64,000 nt of DNA from Acidimicrobiia bacterium (GTDB lineage Bacteria; Actinomycetota; Acidimicrobiia; Spongiisociales; SHLN01), in contig JBFKDW010000002.1 of the NCBI GenBank assembly GCA_041619515.1, positions 53,369 through 117,368 of the forward strand. Direction: 5' to 3'. This document shows, piece by piece, positions 28,075-37,686 of the stretch. Made by a program: the position numbers and the translations under genes. The notes beneath the pieces were generated by a model, which made no database searches, had not been told where the DNA came from, and saw only the letters and a list, made by a program, of their open reading frames with translations. How positions within the stretch are numbered: position 1 is the stretch's first letter; every line of letters begins with the position of its first letter.

Positions 28075-29142
28075 GTGGAGAAGGTGAGGCTGGCACCGGT
28101 CGGGCTGGGCCGCTGGGCGAGGGTGCTGGCGCGTGGGGCTCTGCGAGGTGAAGCCATAGAGCTGGCCAGCTGTTTCAGTCGGAGCCAGGACAAGCGGGCC
28201 GCCTTTCGGGAGGAATTCGACGTTGGGCACAGCGCCGCCAGCTACGAGGAGTTGCTGGCCGATCCGGAGGTCGAGGGAGTCCTCATCACCACTCCCAACG
28301 ACACGCACAAGCAACTCATCCTCCAGGCCGCCGCCGCCGGCAAAGCGGTCTACGTCGACAAGCCCATCTCCCACACGCTGGAGGACGCGGTGGAGATCGC
28401 TCGAGCCGTCGCCGAAGCCGGAGTGGTGTTCTCGGTGGGGCATAGTGCCCGGCGACTCTCCGGGCATCGCACGATGAAACGCTGGATCGAGGAAGGGCTG
28501 CTCGGTGAAGTCTCACTGGCCGAAGCCAACTTCTCCAACGAGCGCGGGCTCGAGCTGACACCCGAGACATGGCGCTGGTACGCCACCAAGAGCCCCGGCG
28601 GGGCGTTCATCCAGCTCGGTGTCCATCACGCCGACAACCTCCAGTATCTGCTGGGACCGGTCAAGACGGTCACCGCCCACGCCCGCAAGCTGTACACCAA
28701 GTCGGAGGTGCCCGATGCGGTCATGGCGATCCTCGAGTTTGAGTCCGGCCCCCTCGGCTACCTCGGGACCGGCTGGGCCTCGCCCGGCGTATACCGCTTG
28801 AACCTGCAAGGCACCAGGGCCAACCTCATGTACGACCTCGACTTCACGCACTGGGACCAGTCACATCTGGCCGACAAATACAGCAGCCTCCGCTCCCAGG
28901 CGTACCGGGAAACCGACCGTCCCGCCGTCGAACTGCCGCCGACCGATATGTTCCGGGAGCAGCTCGAGGAATTCGCTCTTGCGATTCGCGGCCGGGCGCA
29001 GGTGGAAGTTGGCTCCGCCGAGGCCATCAGAGCGCTGGCCGTGGTACGGGCTGCGCTCGAGTCATCGAAGCGAGACGGCGCGGCCGTGAACCTCACCGAA
29101 GTGATCGAGCAGGCAGGAGCCGCCGGAGCCATAGGTGGCTGA
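28075..29142 (+). CDS. Gfo/Idh/MocA family NAD(P)-dependent oxidoreductase
   Basis: N-terminal Rossmann (VGLGRWARV) and the conserved EKP-type segment YVDKPISHTLEDA. GTG start. Confidence 0.8.
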   Translation: MEKVRLAPVGLGRWARVLARGALRGEAIELASCFSRSQDKRAAFREEFDVGHSAASYEELLADPEVEGVLITTPNDTHKQLILQAAAAGKAVYVDKPISHTLEDAVEIARAVAEAGVVFSVGHSARRLSGHRTMKRWIEEGLLGEVSLAEANFSNERGLELTPETWRWYATKSPGGAFIQLGVHHADNLQYLLGPVKTVTAHARKLYTKSEVPDAVMAILEFESGPLGYLGTGWASPGVYRLNLQGTRANLMYDLDFTHWDQSHLADKYSSLRSQAYRETDRPAVELPPTDMFREQLEEFALAIRGRAQVEVGSAEAIRALAVVRAALESSKRDGAAVNLTEVIEQAGAAGAIGG

Positions 29143-29172
29143 TTCAGTGACCCCACGAGAAAGGCACTCATC

Positions 29173-30048
29173 GTGATGCTGGGATGGATTGGATTGGGCG
29201 ACATGGGGCAGGTCATCGTTCCTCGCCTCCTCGCAGCCGGCCACGAGGTGACCGGCTGGAACCGCACCCGCTCGAAGGCCGACCCCCTCATAGAACTGGG
29301 CATGGCCTGGTCCGAATCGCCACGCCAGCTCGCCGCCGCCTCCGACATCGTGTTCTCGATGGTCACAGATGCACCGGCCGTCTCGGCCGTTGCCCTCGGG
29401 CCCGACGGGGTCATCTCCGGTCTATCGCCCGAGGGGATCTACCTGGACATGAGCACCATCGATCCCGAGGTCAGCCGCGCCATCGCCGCCGCCTTTTCGG
29501 CGGGCGGGCTCACCATGCTCGATGCCCCGCTGTCCGGCAGCCCGGTGACGATCCTGGCCGGCTCGGCCTCGACCATGGTGGGAGGGAACCGGACGGCCTA
29601 CGAACGGGTTGAGCCGGTGTTGTACGACATCGGGTCGAAGGTCAGCTACATCGGCCCGTCTGGCACCGCCGTCCAGATGAAGGTGGCGGTCAACCTCAGC
29701 TTGATCGTGCAGATGGTCGCGTTCTGTGAGTCGGTGGCCCTGGCGGAGAAGGGCGGGGTCGACCGGGCGGTTGCCGTCGACGCCATGCTCAAGAGCGTCG
29801 TCGCCTCTCCTGTGATGGGGTATCGCGGCCCGTTCATCCTCGAGATGCCGGACAAACCGCTGGCCGATGTGACGCTCCAGCAGAAGGATATGGTCCTGGC
29901 TCTAGATGTGGCTCGCCGGCAAGGATCGCCGGCACCGCTGGCCGCAGTAGCCAACGAACTGCTCAATGCGTGTCGCGGCCTCGGCATCGACCATCGCGAT
30001 TTCGTGACGGTCTTCGACGTCTACCACATGCTCTCGGGGGGACAATGA
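29173..30048 (+). CDS. HIBADH-family NAD(P)-dependent oxidoreductase (2-hydroxy-3-oxopropionate / 3-hydroxyisobutyrate reductase-like)
   Basis: Motifs IGLGDMG and GGN...Y...P...G.G.AVQ.KVAVN. Confidence 0.8.
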   Translation: MMLGWIGLGDMGQVIVPRLLAAGHEVTGWNRTRSKADPLIELGMAWSESPRQLAAASDIVFSMVTDAPAVSAVALGPDGVISGLSPEGIYLDMSTIDPEVSRAIAAAFSAGGLTMLDAPLSGSPVTILAGSASTMVGGNRTAYERVEPVLYDIGSKVSYIGPSGTAVQMKVAVNLSLIVQMVAFCESVALAEKGGVDRAVAVDAMLKSVVASPVMGYRGPFILEMPDKPLADVTLQQKDMVLALDVARRQGSPAPLAAVANELLNACRGLGIDHRDFVTVFDVYHMLSGGQ

Positions 30049-30452
30049 CCGAGCGGTTCCACACCAATCTCTCCCGGGTTCCCCGAGTCGGCGGCCTCCG
30101 CGAGGATGAGGGGTGGGTCGACATGCAGGTCCAATTCCTCATCGACCAGGCCACGGTCGGCGTCCGAGACTTCCTGCTCGGCTGGACCGTGCTCCCTCCA
30201 GGAGCTCGTCACGACCGGCACCTCCATCGCAATGCCGACGAGTTCTTCATCGTATTGGAAGGCTCGGGGCGTATCTACACCGATGCCGGGACCGCGCCGG
30301 CCGGCAAGGGCGACGTCATCTGGACGCCGCGGGGCCGCTGGCACGGGTTCGACAACACGGGTGACGAAGACGTCGTCCTGGTCTGGGGTTGGAACGGCTG
30401 CGGATCGCTCGAGGACTCCGGCTACGAAGTCGACGACGGGACCATCCGATGA
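30045..30452 (+). CDS. Cupin domain protein
   Basis: HLHRNADEFFIVLEGSG...WHGF cupin motifs. ATGA overlaps on both sides. Confidence 0.6.
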   Translation: MTERFHTNLSRVPRVGGLREDEGWVDMQVQFLIDQATVGVRDFLLGWTVLPPGARHDRHLHRNADEFFIVLEGSGRIYTDAGTAPAGKGDVIWTPRGRWHGFDNTGDEDVVLVWGWNGCGSLEDSGYEVDDGTIR

Positions 30453-31156
30453 GCGCACCCTGGGAGGACCCCCGCGTGATCGCCGGGCTGAAACGACAGC
30501 TGGAGTTGCGATCACGGATGCTCGAGGCCGGGGCAGGTTCAGTGGGCTGGAAGGTCGGGTTTGGAGCCCCGGCTTCTCTTGCGCTCATGGAGATCAGTGC
30601 GCCGTTGCTCGGGTTCATGACGGACATCACGGTGCTCGAGCCCGGTGCTCGGGTCGATACCTCCGGGTGGGAAAGGGGAATCGTCGAGTTCGAGGTCGCC
30701 GTCTATCTCGGCGAGGACCTGGGCCCGGGTGCCTCCGGCGCTGCTGCCCGGGCGGCCATCGCTGCGGTCGGTCCGGCCATCGAATTGGCCAACATCGACC
30801 GCCCGGTGGAAGCAGCCGGGGTGGAAGAGATCGTGGCAGGCGACATCTTCCACGAGGCAGTGATCTTCGGCGATCCGGACATCGGTCGAGCGGGGCTCGA
30901 CATCGAGGGTCTCACGGCCCGCATCCTCATAGACGGCCGAATGCGGGCCACGACGACAGAGCTGGAGGCCATCACCGGCTCCTATCCCTGGATCGTCACG
31001 ACGGTCGCCGACACGCTCGCCGCCCACGGGGAGAGTCTGCGGATGGGGGATGTGATCATCACCGGATCGGTGGTCCCACCCATCCCGGTGACCGAAGGCC
31101 GCGAGTTCACATTTGCGCTCGAACCCTTCGATCCGATTTCGGTGCGGGTGCGTTGA
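30449..31156 (+). CDS. Fumarylacetoacetate-hydrolase-family hydratase/decarboxylase (2-keto-4-pentenoate hydratase-like)
   Basis: C-terminal GDVIITGSVVPPIPV is typical of MhpD/HpaH-like hydratases. Confidence 0.6.
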   Translation: MSAPWEDPRVIAGLKRQLELRSRMLEAGAGSVGWKVGFGAPASLALMEISAPLLGFMTDITVLEPGARVDTSGWERGIVEFEVAVYLGEDLGPGASGAAARAAIAAVGPAIELANIDRPVEAAGVEEIVAGDIFHEAVIFGDPDIGRAGLDIEGLTARILIDGRMRATTTELEAITGSYPWIVTTVADTLAAHGESLRMGDVIITGSVVPPIPVTEGREFTFALEPFDPISVRVR

Positions 31157-31171
31157 GGTAGCCTCCCAGCC

Positions 31172-32020
31172 GTGCCTGATTTCGCCGTCAAGACGCCGCC
31201 GCAGAACACGACCTGGTCCGACATGCTCGAGATCTGGCGCGCCGCCGACGAGATCGAGGTGTTCTCCGAAGCCTGGAACTTCGACCATTTCTATCCTCTC
31301 CACCCGCCCATGGACGGTCCTTGCCTGGAGAGCTGGACGACGCTGGCCGCCCTCGCCCAGGCCACCAACCGCCTCCGGGTGGGCTCCATGGTCAACGGCA
31401 TGCACTACCGCCATCCGGCGGTCACCGCCAACATGGCCGCCAGCCTCGACATCATCTCGGGGGGACGCTTCAACCTCGGGCTGGGTGCCGGCTGGTTCGA
31501 GCCAGAGTCCCGGGCATACGGAATCCCGCTCGGAACGATGGCCGAGCGGATGGATCGCTTCGACGAGGGAGTCGAGGTCATCCACCGTCTCCTCACCCAA
31601 GAAACCACCACCTTCACCGGCCGGTTCTTCCAGCTGGCCGAGGCTCGTTGCGAGCCCAAGCCGATCCAACGGCCGAGGCCGCCGATCGTCATCGGCGGCA
31701 AGGGGGAGAAGCGCACCCTGCGCACGGTGGCCAGATACGCCGACTACTGGGATGCCATGTTTCACGAGGACACCGCCTCCTGGTTGCGGCTCGACACCAT
31801 CCTGTCGGAGCACTGCCGGGAAGTCGGTCGAGATCCGGCCGAGATCCGGCGGTCGGTTCACCTCCGCTGGGGTCTCGACGACGATCCCGGCCGGCTGGCC
31901 GACGAGGCGATGATGTTCATCGACGCCGGCGTCGATGTCGTCGTCTTCTCGATGCGGTCGCCCCAGTCGGCTTCGGCCGTTGAGCCCCTGGCGAACGCAA
32001 TCAGCGCCCGCGTCTCCTAG
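31172..32020 (+). CDS. Luciferase-like monooxygenase (LLM) class, probably F420-dependent oxidoreductase
   Basis: TIM-barrel LLM pattern (GRFNLGLGAGW, IVIGGKGEKRTLRTVARYAD). GTG start. Confidence 0.8.
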   Translation: MPDFAVKTPPQNTTWSDMLEIWRAADEIEVFSEAWNFDHFYPLHPPMDGPCLESWTTLAALAQATNRLRVGSMVNGMHYRHPAVTANMAASLDIISGGRFNLGLGAGWFEPESRAYGIPLGTMAERMDRFDEGVEVIHRLLTQETTTFTGRFFQLAEARCEPKPIQRPRPPIVIGGKGEKRTLRTVARYADYWDAMFHEDTASWLRLDTILSEHCREVGRDPAEIRRSVHLRWGLDDDPGRLADEAMMFIDAGVDVVVFSMRSPQSASAVEPLANAISARVS

Positions 32021-32057
32021 CCCGGCCCACCCCCACTCCTCGCCCGCCGATCGAGAA

Positions 32058-32071
32058 TGCAAACGCTTGCA
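32058..32071. promoter_or_regulatory. LacI-type operator TGCAAACGCTTGCA upstream of the amidohydrolase-CUT2 operon
   Basis: 14-bp near-perfect dyad of the same family, about 225 nt upstream of the first CDS. Confidence 0.5.
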
Positions 32072-32296
32072 TCTTTCTCTAAGATGCGCCGACGTCGGAG
32101 ACCAGGGAGGAGGACGGACCGCGTTGCTGCACATATTCACGAAGCAGTGGGGAGCGTGCCCGTCCGGGAGGGCCCACGCCATAGGTCTTCACCGGGCCGC
32201 CGCCGGAAACCTGCGTTCGGCGGCAGACGCGGCCGACAGGGAGGTCGCGTGGGGCCAGAAGACCATGTCGATGCCGCTCGATTCCGGTGGTGATTC

Positions 32297-33613
32297 GTGA
32301 GCTCGAAGACACTGATCCGGGGCGGTTGTGTCCTGACCCTGGGCGTGAAGACCCCGAACTTCACCGAGGCCGACGTCCTCATAGAGGACGGCCGGGTGTC
32401 CGAGGTCGGTCCCGGCATCCGGGCGCGCGATGCCGATGTCGTCGACGCCACCGACACCATCGTCATGCCCGGCTTCGTCGACACGCACCGGCACGTCTGG
32501 AAGTCACTCCTCCGAAACCTCGGCAGGGTCGCCGAGGAGATCACCATCTCCCATTACCGGCCGGATGACATATACGCCGCCACCCTCATCGGCCTACTCG
32601 GTGCATTGGAAGCGGGAATCACAACGGTGGTCGATTGGGCCGATCTTCCCGTCGAGGAGAGCTACGCCGAAGCCGCCCTGCAAGCCCATTCCGACGCCGG
32701 ACTGCGGACCGTCTTCGTTCACTCGGCTCCCACCTGGGACGGCAGCCCGGCGGACATCGGTGCCAGCGCACGACGGCTCTCGGAAGGCCGCGAGCAGACC
32801 CCGGAGTCTCCCACCATCCTCGCCTTCGGCTCGGCCGATCTGAGCCGGAGCCGCATCGAGCAGGTGGTGGAAGAATGGACCCTCGCCCGTCAGCTGGGTC
32901 TGCGGATCCATGCCCATGCCGGCCTGGCGGCCACAGATGACGGCGTGGTCGCGAGCCTGGCCGAGCGGGGCCTGCTGGCGACCGACGTGACCCTGGTGCA
33001 TTGCTCGCACCTCGGTGAGGAGGACCTCGACGCAATCGCGTCCAGCGGCGCATCGATCTCTTCGGCGCCCTCCACCGAGATGGCGGGCGGGCTGGGGACG
33101 CCGCCGCTCCAGAAGTTCCTGGACCGCAAACTCCAGCCGGGCCTGGCCGTGGACGACGAGCAGGTGGCGCCGGGGGACATGTTCGCCCAGATGCGGGCCG
33201 CCAACTCCGTCCAGCACGCCGCCTACTTCGACCTCAAGCTGGCCGGCAAGGCGGGATTGCCCAACCTCCTGACCACCCGCGACGTCATCCGCTACGCCAC
33301 TCTGGAGGGAGCGAGGACGGTGGGTCTCGCCGACGTGACCGGATCCCTCGAGGCAGGGAAGCAGGCAGACATCATCGTCCTGCGCACCGATCGTCCCAAC
33401 ATCTACCCGATCAACGATCCGATCGGGGCCGTCGTCTGGGGGTTGGACACCTCGAACGTCGACTGGGTCTTCACCGGCGGCCGGGCTCTGATTCGCAACG
33501 GCGAGCCGGCGGCGGACGTCGACCGGGCTCGCGGCCTGGCGACGGCGGCCCATGGCCGCATCATGGCGGCCGGCGGCCTGCTGGCCGAAACCGGCACAGG
33601 AGAGAGCCTGTGA
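32297..33613 (+). CDS. Amidohydrolase (cytosine/guanine deaminase / SsnA / chlorohydrolase-like subfamily)
   Basis: GFVDTHRHVW HxH metal motif, 438 aa. GTG start. A long untranslated leader lies upstream. Confidence 0.8.
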   Translation: MSSKTLIRGGCVLTLGVKTPNFTEADVLIEDGRVSEVGPGIRARDADVVDATDTIVMPGFVDTHRHVWKSLLRNLGRVAEEITISHYRPDDIYAATLIGLLGALEAGITTVVDWADLPVEESYAEAALQAHSDAGLRTVFVHSAPTWDGSPADIGASARRLSEGREQTPESPTILAFGSADLSRSRIEQVVEEWTLARQLGLRIHAHAGLAATDDGVVASLAERGLLATDVTLVHCSHLGEEDLDAIASSGASISSAPSTEMAGGLGTPPLQKFLDRKLQPGLAVDDEQVAPGDMFAQMRAANSVQHAAYFDLKLAGKAGLPNLLTTRDVIRYATLEGARTVGLADVTGSLEAGKQADIIVLRTDRPNIYPINDPIGAVVWGLDTSNVDWVFTGGRALIRNGEPAADVDRARGLATAAHGRIMAAGGLLAETGTGESL

Positions 33614-34656
33614 CGACCACCCGGGCTCCGTCGTCGGCTCTCACCTCGTTTGTGGTTGCTTCCCGGTATATGCCGGTCTACCTGGCATTGACCCTGCTGG
33701 TGATCGTGGCGAAGATCTGGGCTCCGGCCACCCTGACGCGAGCCGGACTCACCTCCATCGCCCTGTTCGGCACCTTCCTGGCCATCACCGCTCTCGGCCA
33801 GATGCTGGTCATCATGACCGGCGGCATCGACCTCAGCGTGCCCGGCACGCTCACCTTGGGAGCGATCATCATGGTGGGGGTCGGCCGGCAAGCGGACGAT
33901 CGGATCTGGTTCGCTCTCCTCGCTGCGGTCGGATTCGCGGCTTTGGTCGGCCTCGTCAACGGCCTCCTCATCGGAGGGCTCAAGCTCAACCCCTTGATCG
34001 TCACGCTGGCCGTGGGCCAGGTCGTGACCGGGATCGTCAACCGCTACCACAAGACGTTCGCCATCCAGAGCTCGGTGCCCTCCGGGCTCCCGGAGTTCCT
34101 GAACGTCCGGTTCCTGGGGGTCTCGCGCATCTTCTGGATCGGGGTGGTCATCACCATCCTGCTCATCATCGGCTTTCGCTACACGACCGTGGGACGGAGG
34201 TTTCAGGCGGTCGGCGCCAATCCGGTGGCGGCGCTCGTGAGTGGCTTGCGGGTCAACCTGAACCAGATCGCTGCCTACGTGGTGGCGGCCATGCTGTATT
34301 CCATTGCCGGGGTGTTGATCGCCGCCCTCCTCCGCAACCCGGGCGTGACCATCGGAGCTCCCTATCTGCTGGGACCGATCGCCGCCGTCGTGATCGGTGG
34401 TGCCTCCCTGACCGGCGGCCTGGCCAGTCCGCTCTCAACCTGGGCGGCGGCGTTCTTCCTCGCCGGACTGAACCAGATGATGCGGGTGATGGGCCTGCCC
34501 ACCGCGCTCCAATTCGTCGTCTTCGGCCTGGTGATCATCGGCGGCATGCTGGTTTCGGGCGATCGGATCATCAAAGGTGTCGAGCAACTGCTCCGCGAAC
34601 GACGAAGACCGAGCCGCCTCGAGGGCGCCGCCGCCTCCGGCGACGGCGCCGGGTAG
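33610..34656 (+). CDS. CUT2-family (ribose/nucleoside-type) ABC transporter permease
   Basis: RbsC/AraH-like multi-TM protein. GTGA overlap with the amidohydrolase gene. Confidence 0.8.
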   Translation: MTTTRAPSSALTSFVVASRYMPVYLALTLLVIVAKIWAPATLTRAGLTSIALFGTFLAITALGQMLVIMTGGIDLSVPGTLTLGAIIMVGVGRQADDRIWFALLAAVGFAALVGLVNGLLIGGLKLNPLIVTLAVGQVVTGIVNRYHKTFAIQSSVPSGLPEFLNVRFLGVSRIFWIGVVITILLIIGFRYTTVGRRFQAVGANPVAALVSGLRVNLNQIAAYVVAAMLYSIAGVLIAALLRNPGVTIGAPYLLGPIAAVVIGGASLTGGLASPLSTWAAAFFLAGLNQMMRVMGLPTALQFVVFGLVIIGGMLVSGDRIIKGVEQLLRERRRPSRLEGAAASGDGAG

Positions 34657-34741
34657 GGCGCGACACCGGAGGCACCGATCAATCGACAAAACAGGAAGGC
34701 ACCAAAGACACGGGCGATCCCGCCCATGAGGAGAGAATGAC

Positions 34742-36091
34742 ATGAGACGAATCAGAATCATCAGCCTGATCGCCGCGCTGGCGCTCATTGGCGCCGCCTG
34801 CGGCGGTGACGACGGCGGATCCGACACGACGGCGACCAACGAAACAACGACGACCACAGCGGCGACCACCACGACTGCCGGCGACGGTGCTACGACCACC
34901 ACCGCCGGCGATGGCGGGGATCCCCTGGCGCAGTACGGCGAGAGCAGGGATGCCGATCCGGCCCTGATCGAGAAGGCAATGGGGCCGATCACACCGCCCA
35001 ACGATGCCGCTTGGGACATCATCCTGGCCTCGGTGGCGCGCGCCGATCAGGACCTAGATCAGGCAACGATCGACAAAGCACTGGAATGCTGGAACGCGCC
35101 CGAGTGTGACACCGGGAGCGGTGGCGACCTCATCATGGGATTCGCCGACGGTGGGGGACACCTCAACGTTTGGCGTGGGGTCACCCACATGGAGGCCATC
35201 CTGCAGGCGCTCACCTATCCCGAGATCGGCAAGATCATCTCCACGGAGGCACTGTGGAACGCGGATCCGGCCGTCCCGGCCAACGACATCAGGTTCCTCA
35301 TCCAGCGAGGTGCCGACTTCATAACCGGATATCCAGACGCAGGTGTGGCCATCGGCGATGCCATCAAGGAGGCCACCGCCGCCGGCATCCCGTACATTCC
35401 GTGGTCGGCAGGCTGGGTGGGACTTCCCGGCCAGGATGGAGCGCTCGTCCCGGGTGACGACTATCTCACCGTGGTCGGCGAGAACCTGTGTGAACTGGGC
35501 AACAGCATGGCCGCCGTCCTCAACGACAACATCGCGGAGGGCAAGGTGGGAGTGCTGGGCGGCACGCCCGGCAACGCCCTCTCCCTGGGATGGCAGCAGT
35601 GTGCGGTCCCGGCGCTGAACGACTCGCTCGAGTTGGTGGGTGAGCCGGCGGACACGTTCTGGGTGAACGATATTGCTCTGCAGGTGGTGCTCGGATGGCT
35701 GTCCACCGACCCGGACATCCGGGGCTACACCTACGAGTATTCCGACGGCATGAACACCGCCCTGCAGGCCTACGACCAGTTGGGGATTCCGGTGGAGAAC
35801 CTGACACTGGCGATGCGCACCGATGAGCAGACCCTGTTCTGTGATTGGGTGGAGCGCGACGAGCCGACCTACAACATCTGGTACTCGGCGGGAGGGAACT
35901 TCCAGTCCCGTGTCGCCGTCACGGCGGCGATGATGTCGCTCAAAGGGGCCGAGATTCCCACCCAGATCGACGTCCCGCACGTGATGCGTCAGGTCACCGC
36001 GGATGACTGCGATCCGAACCGGGCGACACCGGCCGTGTCGGGCACCTCACTCGTTCCGGACGAGGTGCTGACCCTGATGTTCGGCGGCTGA
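34742..36091 (+). CDS. ABC transporter substrate-binding lipoprotein (CUT2-associated, periplasmic binding protein type I)
   Basis: Signal peptide with lipobox LIGAAC and a Thr-rich linker. Sits between CUT2 permease and ATPase genes. Confidence 0.65.
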   Translation: MRRIRIISLIAALALIGAACGGDDGGSDTTATNETTTTTAATTTTAGDGATTTTAGDGGDPLAQYGESRDADPALIEKAMGPITPPNDAAWDIILASVARADQDLDQATIDKALECWNAPECDTGSGGDLIMGFADGGGHLNVWRGVTHMEAILQALTYPEIGKIISTEALWNADPAVPANDIRFLIQRGADFITGYPDAGVAIGDAIKEATAAGIPYIPWSAGWVGLPGQDGALVPGDDYLTVVGENLCELGNSMAAVLNDNIAEGKVGVLGGTPGNALSLGWQQCAVPALNDSLELVGEPADTFWVNDIALQVVLGWLSTDPDIRGYTYEYSDGMNTALQAYDQLGIPVENLTLAMRTDEQTLFCDWVERDEPTYNIWYSAGGNFQSRVAVTAAMMSLKGAEIPTQIDVPHVMRQVTADDCDPNRATPAVSGTSLVPDEVLTLMFGG

Positions 36092-37686
36092 TGAGCAACA
36101 GCAAGACCGTTGGAGAGTCGACGGCCGAGGACCTGGTCCTCGAACTGCGCGGTGTCTCCCGCCAGTTCGGGGCGGTGCGGGCGCTGACCAACGTCAGCTT
36201 CGACTGCCGGGCCGGGGAGGTTCACGCCCTCGTCGGCGAGAACGGCTCGGGCAAGTCGACTCTCCTCGGTATTGCCAGTGGGTTTGTCGACCCCGATCTG
36301 GGCGAGATCCGGATCGGGGGCAAACCCTTGCGAACCGACTCCCCGGCGCTGGCCCGCAAGCTCGGCTTGGCGATGGCCTATCAGGACCTGTCGCTGATTC
36401 AGGCCGAGCCGGTGAAGAACAACCTGTTCCTGGCCGCCCCGCCCGAGAAGCGGCCCCCTTACTGGAACCGGAAGCGGTGGGCGCGCAGGCTCCTCGGCGA
36501 GTTCGACCTCGACCTCGAGTTGTTCCCCGATTCCCCGGCAGCGTTCCTCACCCTCGCCGAGCGGCAGCTGTTCGAGGTCGCCAAGGCGCTCGTCTCCGAT
36601 CCCAAGGTGCTGCTCCTCGACGAGCCCACCACTGCCCTCGGCCCCGACGAGGTGGAGGATCTTCATCGCACCATCTCGGCCTGTCGCGATCGTGGTGTCG
36701 GGGTCGTCTACGTGAGCCACCGGCTCCCCGAGGTCCTGGAGATAGCCGATCGGATCACTGTGCTGCGGGACGGCGAGACCCGTGGCACATTCGATGCCGG
36801 GAAGACCACCGAGCACGAACTGGTCGACCTGATCGTCGGCCGGCCGTTCGAGGGAGCTTTCCCCCCGGCCACCCTTCCCGAAGGCGAGCGCCGTGAGGTG
36901 CTGGTCGTCGACGCGCTCCAGGGTCAATCCTTTGGCCCGGTCAGCTTCACTCTGCAGAGTGGAGAGGTGGTAGGGATCGCCGGTGCCGAAGGCAACGGGC
37001 AGCCGCAGCTCTTCGACACCCTCGCCGGGCGGACGCCTCCACGGGCCGGCCGCGTCACCTGCAACGGCAAGGAAATGACGCTGATATCCACCCACGAGGC
37101 AATCGGGGCGGGAGTCATGATGCTCCCGGGCGACCGCAAGCGGGAAGCGCTCATGACCGTTCTCGGCGTGAGAGTGAATGCGACTTTGCAGTCGATCCGC
37201 CAGTTCAGCGCCTTCAATTTCCTGCGGCGCCGGGCGGAACGGCGGGCGGTCGAGAATCTCGTCGAGGAGCTCGAAATCCGCACCCCGTCCCTGGAACAGC
37301 CCGTGGAGTTCCTCTCCGGGGGCAACCAGCAGAAGGTCTCCGTGTCGCGCACGTTCCTGAAGAAGCCCTCGGTGATTCTTGCCTACGAGCCCACTCAGGG
37401 CGTCGATGTCGGCGCTCGATTCGATATCTATCAGGCCCTGCGAGCGAGAAGCAACGAGGGGGCCACCATCCTGGTCAAATCCAGCGACCCGCTCGAGCTG
37501 GCCGGCCTGTGTGATCGGGTCCTGGTCTTGTCACGAGGCCAGATCATCGAGGAGATCCCCGGTGACGAGCTCACCGAGGTTCGGATCGTCGAGGCCATCG
37601 TCCGAGGTCCCGGGCTGTCCAAGGCCGGCCGATCGCCGCTCGGCGTCGCAATGCCGAAGGCTCCGACCGAAACGGATGCATCTTGA
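36091..37686 (+). CDS. CUT2-family ABC transporter ATP-binding protein (tandem duplicated ATPase, RbsA/MglA-like)
   Basis: Two nucleotide-binding domains. First Walker A is GENGSGKST. 531 aa. Confidence 0.85.
   Translation: MSNSKTVGESTAEDLVLELRGVSRQFGAVRALTNVSFDCRAGEVHALVGENGSGKSTLLGIASGFVDPDLGEIRIGGKPLRTDSPALARKLGLAMAYQDLSLIQAEPVKNNLFLAAPPEKRPPYWNRKRWARRLLGEFDLDLELFPDSPAAFLTLAERQLFEVAKALVSDPKVLLLDEPTTALGPDEVEDLHRTISACRDRGVGVVYVSHRLPEVLEIADRITVLRDGETRGTFDAGKTTEHELVDLIVGRPFEGAFPPATLPEGERREVLVVDALQGQSFGPVSFTLQSGEVVGIAGAEGNGQPQLFDTLAGRTPPRAGRVTCNGKEMTLISTHEAIGAGVMMLPGDRKREALMTVLGVRVNATLQSIRQFSAFNFLRRRAERRAVENLVEELEIRTPSLEQPVEFLSGGNQQKVSVSRTFLKKPSVILAYEPTQGVDVGARFDIYQALRARSNEGATILVKSSDPLELAGLCDRVLVLSRGQIIEEIPGDELTEVRIVEAIVRGPGLSKAGRSPLGVAMPKAPTETDAS

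Noticed and set aside
32057-32293. 78-aa ORF inside the long leader of the amidohydrolase operon
   Set aside because: Highly Arg-rich, no SD, and its ATG is part of the operator palindrome. Treated as noncoding leader.
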